This document shows, piece by piece, positions 1-6,389 of a stretch of 20,582 bases of DNA. This stretch comes from an uncultured Myxococcales bacterium. GTDB lineage: Bacteria; Myxococcota; Myxococcia; Myxococcales; Myxococcaceae. The notes under the pieces were generated by a model, which saw only the letters and a list, made by a program, of their open reading frames with translations, was not told the DNA's origin and ran no database searches. The translations under genes and the position numbers were made by a program. The DNA lies in the NCBI GenBank assembly GCA_903911905.1, contig CAIWFK010000823.1, positions 1 through 20,582 on the forward strand, written 5' to 3'. The first letter of the stretch is position 1; the number at the start of each line of letters is the position of its first letter.

Positions 1-1086
1 ATTCGCACCCCCATGAACGGGGTGCTGGGCATGACCAGCGTGATGCTGGGGCTAAAGGGGCTGCCGCCCGAGGTGCGCGAAGGGCTGACCACCATTCAGC
101 AGAGCGGCAGCACCTTGATGGCCGTCATCAACGACATTCTCGACTTCTCGAAGATCGAATCGGGCCGCATGGTGCTCGAGCGCGAGCCCATCGACCTGCG
201 CGCCGAGTTCTCGGCGCTCAAGGCGCTGCTCGAAGGCGTGGCGACCGAGCACGACAACCACTTCGTGCTCACCATTTCCGACGAGGTGCCCTCGTACGTC
301 GCGGGTGACCCGGTGCGGCTGCGCCAGGTGGCGCTCAACCTGCTGTCGAACGCGCTCAAGTTCACCACCGTCGGCCGGGTCGAAGCGCGGCTCTTCGTGC
401 GCGAGGGCCAGTTGGTGCTCGAGGTCACCGACAGCGGCATCGGCATGAGCCCGCAGGTCCTCGAGCGGCTCTTCCAGCCCTTCACCCAGGCTGACGCCTC
501 GACGACCCGCCGTTTTGGCGGCACGGGCCTGGGCCTGGCCATCGTGCGGCGCCTGGTCGAGGCCATGAAGGGCTCCATCACCGCGAGCAGCGTCGTCGGT
601 CGGGGCAGCACCTTCACCGTGACCCTGCCGATGGACGTGGTGCCCCCGCCGCCGAACGCCACCCCCACCCCGGTTCGCGCCGCGCGCACGCTGCGGGTGC
701 TGCTGGCCGAAGACAACCCCATCAACCAGCGCGTGGCGCGCGGGCTGCTCGAGCAACTGGGTCACGAGGTGGTGATGGCCGACGACGGCCAGCAGGCGCT
801 CGACCGCCTCACCGCCGCCGACTTCGACATCATCCTCATGGACTGTCACATGCCGGTGATGGACGGCTTCGAGGCCACCCGCATCGTGCGCGAGCGCAAG
901 GGCCGCACGCAGCCCATCATCGCGCTGACCGCCGCCTCGCTGCCCGAAGAGCAGACCCGCTGCCTCGAGGCCGGCATGGACGCGGTGTTGCTCAAGCCCG
1001 TCAGGCGCGAAGACCTGCGGGCCATGCTCGAGCGCTACGCCGGCCCCTCAGGCGTCGCTCCCTTGCCCGCCCAGCGCGCCGAGTGA
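1..1086 (+). CDS. Hybrid sensor histidine kinase, 5'-truncated by the window edge. It carries the tail of HisKA, a HATPase_c domain and a C-terminal receiver domain.
   Basis: The frame is open from nt 1. The first residues 'IRTPMNGVLGM' are the end of an H-box (HELRTPxNxI). ATPase boxes are present (NLLSNALKF, DSGIGM, GGTGLGLAIV). The receiver domain has 'RVLLAEDNPIN', the phospho-Asp context 'IILMDCHMPVMDG' and 'LLKP'. GC3 bias is strong. The stop is TGA at 1084-1086. Confidence 0.9.
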   Translation: MRTPMNGVLGMTSVMLGLKGLPPEVREGLTTIQQSGSTLMAVINDILDFSKIESGRMVLEREPIDLRAEFSALKALLEGVATEHDNHFVLTISDEVPSYVAGDPVRLRQVALNLLSNALKFTTVGRVEARLFVREGQLVLEVTDSGIGMSPQVLERLFQPFTQADASTTRRFGGTGLGLAIVRRLVEAMKGSITASSVVGRGSTFTVTLPMDVVPPPPNATPTPVRAARTLRVLLAEDNPINQRVARGLLEQLGHEVVMADDGQQALDRLTAADFDIILMDCHMPVMDGFEATRIVRERKGRTQPIIALTAASLPEEQTRCLEAGMDAVLLKPVRREDLRAMLERYAGPSGVAPLPAQRAE

Positions 1087-3189
1087 CACCGGCAGTCGTG
1101 CGAGCAGCCGCTCGGCGACGTCGGCCACCGAGCCTCCTCCCAGAATGGCCAGTGGCGACAGGTTCTCGGTCAGCGCGGCGGCCAGGTGCTGGTTGCCCAG
1201 CGACTTCAAGGTGGCGATGAGCTCGGGCGCCAGGGCGCCCATCTGCTTCTGGAAGGCCTCGACGCTGGCCTCGAGGCGGGTTCGCTCGACGGCGGCGAGG
1301 CGGCTCTGCGCTTCGGCCTGCGCGGCGCTGCTGAGGGCGAGCGCCTGGGCCTCGTTCTGCGCGCGGCCGACCACGTCGACCCGCTGGGCCTCGACCGTGG
1401 CCTCCGCCTTCGCCACTACCAGCGTGCGGCGCGCGTGCTCGAGCGCCACCGTGGCCACGAGGGTGGCGCGCTGGGCCTCGGCGATGCCGCGGTTGACCTC
1501 TTCCTTCGCGCGCTCGTTGACCAGGCGCAGGTCTTCCTTGCGGCGGGTGACCTCGCTGGCGATGGCGGTGCGCTGGGCGTCGGTGAGCAGCTTCTGAACG
1601 TCTTCGTCGAGAATGCGTACGTCGAGCACCTCGACGTCGTAGACGAGCATGCCGTTCTCTTCGAACTCGCGCCCCTCGCGTCGGCCGGCGTCGACCTTCT
1701 TGCCCAGGATGGCGCCTCGAATGAGCTCCGTACTGGTGCGGTGCAGCAGCTCGATGGGGCAGGCCCTCACCGCCGCGCGCACGATGGACCCCAGGTGGTC
1801 GCACAGCAGGGCCACGTAGTTCTTCACGTTGAACCACCGCACGTCGGGCTTGCTCTCGTGCGAGCTGAAGCTGACCCGGTACGAGAGCTCGAGCTCGAGT
1901 TCGACGTGGTCGCTGGTGCGCACCGTCACCTGGTCCGAGACCCGGTTGCCGTCGACCAGCAGGAAGCAGGTGGGCAACAGCGCGTCGTCGCGCTTGGGGG
2001 TGCCGGTCGAGAGGGTCAGCACCTCGAGCTCTTCGTCGTGGTCGAGCACCCGCACCTGTGGGCCCTTCACCACTTCGCGGCGGTGCGTGCCGGTGACCAG
2101 CACCGCGTAGCTGGGGGGAATGGTGATGACCGGGGCGCGCTTGCTGTCCACCTTGCCCAGGCCCCACAGCGCGGCCACCTCGGGCGGCACCGGGCGCGAG
2201 AGCAGCTCGACGCGCGTCGGGTCGGGCAAGTAGGTGGTGGGCCCGGCGATGGTCGAGATGACGCCGGTGCCGATGTCTCGCACCGAGATGGCTTCCTTGT
2301 CGGCGAGCGGAATCGCCGCCACTTCGCCGAGCACCTCGAGCTCCTCTGTCGGAAAGACGTAGCCCTCGTGCCCCGAGAGGAACAGCTCTTGCCCGCCCTC
2401 GTACTTGCCCGGTGGCACCTGGTCGCCCGCCTTGGCCTCGAAGCTGCGCAGCACGCGCACGTGCAGGCCCCGCTCGCGCCGCAGCGGAAAGGCGGCGAAG
2501 GCGCGTCGACCCTCGTGGGTGACGAAGTCCTCCCAGGCCTCGGGGAAGACCACGCCGGGGCCTCGCACGAAGCGGCGGCGACCGCGGGGCCCGCGCAGCA
2601 CGCAGTACTGGCCTTCGAGCAGGGTGACGGCGTTGCGCACGAAGGCGCCCTTCTCGTCGGGCAGCACCTCGAGGCCGGTGCGCGGAATCCAGAAGCTGAC
2701 GTCGTGGCCCGAGACGATGCGCTCGGTGCCGATGGGGCCGGCCTCGGGGCCGTCGACCAGGTCGTAGACGCGAATGCGCAGGTATTGGTCTTCGGCCAGC
2801 TCGTGCCCGGCGAGCACCTTGGCCCGCTGCCCCGGCCAGAGCGGGAAGGTCGCAGGGCCCGGCACCACCACGCGGCGGCCGGTGAGCAGCTCGGCCGACG
2901 AATTGCTGCCCTTCACGGGCCTCGCGGCCGCTTCCTTGAGGGGGTTCTCGAGCACCACGTACTGCGCGCTCGAGGCGGTGACGAAGGGGCTGACGCCGCC
3001 GCCGCCGTCGTCGCTGCGCACCGGCGCGAAGCGACCCTCGCGGTACTCGACCAGGCGCTCGGTGTTGGACAGCGAAATCTTGGTCGGGCCGACGTAGAGC
3101 ACGATGTCGCCCTTGGTCAGGTCCTGCACGTAGGCGTACTCGTTGGCGGCTACCAGAATGTCGCGTTCGCGAAGGTCGCGCTCGGCCAT
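1048..3189 (-). CDS. Major vault protein (MVP) homolog: N-terminal MVP repeats, an SPFH/band-7-like shoulder domain and a C-terminal A/E/Q-rich cap-helix region.
   Basis: 713-aa ORF. The N-terminus 'ILVAANEYAYVQDLTKGDIVLYVGPTKISL' aligns with human MVP '[29 protein letters not shown]'. The segment 'EAISVRDIGTGVISTIAGPTTYL' matches MVP '[23 protein letters not shown]'. The segment 'LEVLTLSTGTPKRDDALLPTCFLLVDGNRVSDQVTVRTSDHVELELELSYRVSF' matches MVP '[53 protein letters not shown]'. The C-terminal 'ATLKSLGNQ' matches MVP 'LQSLGLKSTL'. There is a good SD (AGGAG) 8 nt upstream of the ATG at 3189. The 3' end overlaps the convergent kinase by 39 bp. Confidence 0.88.
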   Translation of the reverse strand: MAERDLRERDILVAANEYAYVQDLTKGDIVLYVGPTKISLSNTERLVEYREGRFAPVRSDDGGGGVSPFVTASSAQYVVLENPLKEAAARPVKGSNSSAELLTGRRVVVPGPATFPLWPGQRAKVLAGHELAEDQYLRIRVYDLVDGPEAGPIGTERIVSGHDVSFWIPRTGLEVLPDEKGAFVRNAVTLLEGQYCVLRGPRGRRRFVRGPGVVFPEAWEDFVTHEGRRAFAAFPLRRERGLHVRVLRSFEAKAGDQVPPGKYEGGQELFLSGHEGYVFPTEELEVLGEVAAIPLADKEAISVRDIGTGVISTIAGPTTYLPDPTRVELLSRPVPPEVAALWGLGKVDSKRAPVITIPPSYAVLVTGTHRREVVKGPQVRVLDHDEELEVLTLSTGTPKRDDALLPTCFLLVDGNRVSDQVTVRTSDHVELELELSYRVSFSSHESKPDVRWFNVKNYVALLCDHLGSIVRAAVRACPIELLHRTSTELIRGAILGKKVDAGRREGREFEENGMLVYDVEVLDVRILDEDVQKLLTDAQRTAIASEVTRRKEDLRLVNERAKEEVNRGIAEAQRATLVATVALEHARRTLVVAKAEATVEAQRVDVVGRAQNEAQALALSSAAQAEAQSRLAAVERTRLEASVEAFQKQMGALAPELIATLKSLGNQHLAAALTENLSPLAILGGGSVADVAERLLARLPVSLGALGGQGSDA

Positions 3190-3330
3190 GGTCGTGCTCC
3201 TGTGCAGCGGGGAGCCGACGGGTGGTGCGAGCGCGGTGCCAGCCGGTCGCTCAGGCGGTTGCGGGCGCGAGCTGCGCCAGTTCGGAGCGAGGGCGGTGTG
3301 AGTGCATCGTGCCGGAATGGGGCGACCGCG

Positions 3331-3561
3331 TCAGCCGCCACCGCCGCGCAGGGTCCACACCTCGCGACCGGTCTTCAGCTTCTTCACGTCGACGGAAAAA
3401 GCGGCGTTTTCGGCGTCGGCCATCGCCTTGAGCTCGGCGAGGTCGGCGGGCGTGCCGTCGCAGAAGCCCATGGGGCGGGTGGTGTCGGGCAGCAACAACT
3501 GCACCTTGAACTCGCCTTTGTCCCACCGGGTCTGCGTCTGGTTGTTGAAGGGGTGAATCAT
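3331..3561 (-). CDS. Hypothetical small protein of 76 aa (MIHPFNNQ...WTLRGGGG). The C-terminal Gly-Gly tail is reminiscent of beta-grasp / ubiquitin-like modifiers.
   Basis: GC3 bias is strong across the whole ORF. The ATG at 3561 is preceded by 'TAGGGTGGTCGGC' (a GGTGG SD about 7 nt upstream). An alternative GTG start lies at 3570. The protein ends ...REVWTLRGGGG. It has no recognisable family by eye. Confidence 0.5.
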   Translation of the reverse strand: MIHPFNNQTQTRWDKGEFKVQLLLPDTTRPMGFCDGTPADLAELKAMADAENAAFSVDVKKLKTGREVWTLRGGGG

Positions 3562-3571
3562 GCCGACCACC

Positions 3572-3781
3572 CTACACGGTCGGTCGACGGGCGGGGTGCC
3601 GCAGCGGGCAGGGGTACTTGCCCACGGCCAGGCGTACGCCGTCTTCGGCCGTCAGCAGGTGATGCTCGTCGAGCCGCGCGGTGATGACGCAGCCGCAGAC
3701 CAACTCGAGCGTGGCGTCGATGCGCCCGTCGGCCGAGGGCCTGGCTTCGTGCACGATGCGGCGTACGGCCTGCGAGGTCAT
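3572..3781 (-). CDS. Hypothetical small protein of 69 aa, containing LVCGCV and YPCP motifs.
   Basis: GC3 bias is strong. The stop (TAG 3572-3574) lies 10 nt upstream of the start of the next small gene, which suggests one transcript with the MVP gene. No family assignment was possible. Confidence 0.45.
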   Translation of the reverse strand: MTSQAVRRIVHEARPSADGRIDATLELVCGCVITARLDEHHLLTAEDGVRLAVGKYPCPLRHPARRPTV

Positions 3782-3832
3782 GGCTCGCGACGGAACACGG
3801 GCTCGGGGGTGGGGTCAAGCGGTGGGAAGCGG

Positions 3833-4786
3833 TCACCAGCCCGCGAACTTCTCGAGCGCGCCGAGCGTGCCGTTGAACACGTCGCGGTCATAGCTCGGGC
3901 CGTCGTTGTACTGCACGAAGGGCACGTTCGAGGGCACCGAGCCGCCCCACTTCGCTTCCCACAGGGGCGCGTTGGGGACCGCCTGCTTCGCGCGCGCGAC
4001 CTCGCTGCCCGACGTGTAGACCAGCGGCCAGAGGCCGGTGACGCGGTGAATTTCGGTGGCGGCGTCGTGCAGGGCCCTGGGGTCCTTGAGCGCCGAGGCT
4101 TCCCAGTCGAGCGCCAGCCGCGTGCCGGCAGCGAGCTTGCCGTGAATGCCCAGTTCCTTCATGAAGAACTGCGCCTGGGCCTTGCCGTTGCCGGGGCGCA
4201 TGAAGTGGTACGCGATGCGCAGCTTCATCGAGCCCTTCTTGATGGCGGTGCCCAGCTCGGCCCAGCGCTTCCGGAAGGTGGGGTCGACGTAGCTGGTGCC
4301 CTCGGTGGCTTTGATGGAGCTGAAGCGCGCGCCGCGAATCGACTGCTGGAAGGTGGCTTCCGACTGGTAGTGCGAGGTGTCGGCGCCGTACAGGTGACCG
4401 GGGCCGGGCTTCCACGGCTGGGTGGGCGGCCTGGCGGTGGGGGGCTGGTGCGCGGGTGGCGCCTTCACCGGGGGCAGGCCGAGCAGCTTGCGGTCGGCGT
4501 CGAGCTCCGTGCGGCTCATGGCGCTGGCGGCTTTGGCCAGCAGCGGCGCGGCGGCCTTCTTGTCGGCGGCGACGCGGGCGTCTTCGACGGTCGTGATGGC
4601 GCCCTTCATCGCACCCAGGGCGAAGGCCTTCGAGACCAGCGCGAGCGAAGGTGCGGCGAGGAACTGGTCGACGACCTTCTTTTCCTGCACGTCGATGGCG
4701 GCGAGGGCCTTGCGTTCCTTCGCCTCCTCGTTCTTGAGGGTGGTGATGGCGGTGCGGGCCCGGGCGACGGTGAGGTTCGAGGTCAT
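3833..4786 (-). CDS. Glycoside hydrolase family 25 lysozyme/muramidase with an N-terminal Ala/Lys-rich helical extension of about 120 aa and a Pro-rich linker. No signal peptide.
   Basis: GH25 hallmarks: 'LYGADTSHYQ' (the N-terminal Asp box), 'GARFSSIKATEG', 'YHFMRP', 'LALDWEA', 'PLVYTS', 'LWEAKWG', 'FVQYNDGPSYDRDVFNG'. The N-terminal 120 aa are coding (good GC3), but they are neither hydrophobic nor signal-like. Confidence 0.8.
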   Translation of the reverse strand: MTSNLTVARARTAITTLKNEEAKERKALAAIDVQEKKVVDQFLAAPSLALVSKAFALGAMKGAITTVEDARVAADKKAAAPLLAKAASAMSRTELDADRKLLGLPPVKAPPAHQPPTARPPTQPWKPGPGHLYGADTSHYQSEATFQQSIRGARFSSIKATEGTSYVDPTFRKRWAELGTAIKKGSMKLRIAYHFMRPGNGKAQAQFFMKELGIHGKLAAGTRLALDWEASALKDPRALHDAATEIHRVTGLWPLVYTSGSEVARAKQAVPNAPLWEAKWGGSVPSNVPFVQYNDGPSYDRDVFNGTLGALEKFAGW

Positions 4787-4939
4787 GTCTGGTTGTCGGC
4801 AAGGGGCGGCGAGACGATTTCGCGCGCGGGTGCGACGACCGTTGACGTTTCGAGCCGCATTTCGGCGCGAATTTCGGGCATGAAAAACTCCACCCTCCTG
4901 GTCGGGGGGTGGAGTCGGGCCCTGCGGCCAGGCTGACTT

Positions 4940-5470
4940 TCAGAGTTCGCGGCTCATCAGCAGGCGAAGCTTGCCGCTCTTCTTCGAGACCACGGTGGCG
5001 ACGGTGGTGAAGCCGGCCTTGCGGTAGAAGCTGACCGCGGGAGAATTTGCGGGGTCGACGCGCAGGGCCAGGGTCTTGCGGTTCATGTCGCGGGCGAGCG
5101 TGAGGCCCTGTTCGAGCACCACGGCGCCCATGCCCTTCTGCCGCAGTTCCTGCTTCACGACGATGTTACGCATGTACGCGGCGCCCGGCACCGGGCCGTC
5201 GCGCTCGATGGTGACGTAGCCGACGACCGCGCCGCCGAGCTTGGCCACCGAAATGAAGGGGCGCAGCTTGGTGAGCGCCTCGAGGCTCTCGCCCTGGGCT
5301 TCACCGCGGGCCTTCCATGGCTCTGACGCACTGCGGAGCGTGGCCAGCGCGTTCATGTCTTCGTCGGTGGGCACGGCGAACTTCACCTGCCCCTTGAAGT
5401 CGGCCGGCAACGTCACCGGCGGAAGCGTGGAATTCGCGCCAGTGGAGGTGTCAATCTGCTTGTCGGTCAT
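4940..5470 (-). CDS. GNAT-family N-acetyltransferase.
   Basis: 176 aa. The acetyl-CoA motif region is 'IVVKQELRQKGMGAVVLEQGLTLARD' (Q/RxxGxG/A). The C-terminal 'VSFYRKAGF' is typical of GNAT. SD 'AAGGGA' lies 6-11 nt upstream of the ATG at 5470. Confidence 0.75.
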   Translation of the reverse strand: MTDKQIDTSTGANSTLPPVTLPADFKGQVKFAVPTDEDMNALATLRSASEPWKARGEAQGESLEALTKLRPFISVAKLGGAVVGYVTIERDGPVPGAAYMRNIVVKQELRQKGMGAVVLEQGLTLARDMNRKTLALRVDPANSPAVSFYRKAGFTTVATVVSKKSGKLRLLMSREL

Positions 5471-5684
5471 GGTTCCCTTTCGATGCCCCGCATCTACAGC
5501 TTCGGCTCGGCCGCCCTTGATCCTAACAAACGCATGGGGCGCGCAGGAATTTCAATGGCGTGGATCAAGCGTAGGTGGCGAACCCACAAAGACATCGATG
5601 TCGGTGTCGGGCGCGAGGGCGACTGGTCGAAAGTCTTGAGAAACACTGGGCAGCCGTCGCGTTTGGCCGCACAATCAGGTCACC
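5471..5684. promoter_or_regulatory. Divergent intergenic region, presumed to hold the promoters for the GNAT and MglA-like genes. Its GC content is noticeably lower than the flanking sequence.
   Basis: AT-enriched stretch (e.g. 'tcctaacaaacgcatgg', 'aaagtcttgagaaacactgg'). The only ORF here (5483-5710) has poor codon usage. Confidence 0.3.
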
Positions 5685-6389
5685 GTGCAACTGAACCACG
5701 CCCAGCGTGAGCTGACGGTCAAGATCGTCTACTACGGCCCCGGCCTGTCGGGGAAAACGACCAACCTGCAGATGGTGCATCAGCGCACGGCCAGCGACGT
5801 GCGCGGCCGCCTGCTGACGGTCGAGACCCACGACGATCGGACCCTCTTCTTCGATCTGCTTCCCGTCTTCTTCAGCACCGCCAACGGCTTCAAGGTGAAG
5901 GTCAAGCTGTTCACCGTGCCCGGGCAGGTCATTCACAACGCGACCCGACGCATCGTGCTGCAGGGCGCCGACGCGGTGGCCTTCATCGCCGACAGCCGCC
6001 GCTCGATGGGGCCCGACAACAACGCGTACTGGAAGAACCTGCTCGAGAACATGCGCGAGAACGGGCTCGACCCCGCGCAGGTGCCGGTGGTCATTCAGTA
6101 CAACAAGCGCGATCTGCCCGACGCCAAGACCGACGCCGAGATCGAAGAGACCCGCAAGAAGGGCAAGGAACCGGTGGTCGGCGCCATCGCCATTCGCGGC
6201 GTGGGCGTGCTCGAAACGCTGCACGCGGTACTGCAGGTGGGCTACCGCGCCATCGACGCGCGCGCCGGGCTGACCAAGAACATCGGCCTGACCGAACGCG
6301 AATTCCTGGGGCAGGTCTTCGCCAACATCGACACCACGGGCACCGAGCTCGAAAAGGCGTTTCCGCCGCGCAAGGTGGAAGCGAAATGA
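5685..6389 (+). CDS. MglA-family Ras-like small GTPase paralog with a C-terminal extension of about 40 aa.
   Basis: GTG start. '[22 protein letters not shown]' is near-identical to Myxococcus MglA '[22 protein letters not shown]'. Switch I is '[11 protein letters not shown]' (intrinsic Arg retained). Switch II is 'FTVPGQV' (Gln retained). 'VIQYNKRDL' is the NKxD box. '[13 protein letters not shown]' is the SAK-like box. The protein is 234 aa, versus about 195 aa for canonical MglA. Its stop overlaps the next start (ATGA). Confidence 0.9.
   Translation: [234 protein letters not shown]

Noticed and set aside
52-849. 265-aa and 209-aa minus-strand ORFs inside the hybrid histidine kinase gene.
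   Set aside because: Antisense to a well-supported kinase; the composition is Arg/Gly/His-rich junk.
1186-3684. 832-aa ORF on the plus strand, plus several other 60-150 aa ORFs overlapping the MVP gene.
   Set aside because: These are antisense to a gene with clear homology. The translation is low-complexity (G/A/L/R/H-rich), as expected for the reverse frame of GC-rich coding DNA, and has no codon-position GC3 pattern.
3560-4936. 458-aa plus-strand ORF and the 304-aa minus-strand ORF (3888-4802) over the GH25 region.
   Set aside because: These are the alternative frame and antisense of the GH25 gene. Only the 3833-4786 minus frame gives the lysozyme motifs and a GC3 bias.
5483-5710. 75-aa ORF in the GNAT/MglA intergenic region.
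   Set aside because: AT-ending codons, no SD, and it overlaps the conserved N-terminus of the MglA-like gene. It is probably promoter DNA.
5685-6389. Considered calling the GTPase SofG.
   Set aside because: SofG-type paralogs carry a long N-terminal extension. This protein has a canonical MglA N-terminus and only a short C-terminal tail, so it is left as an unnamed MglA-family paralog.
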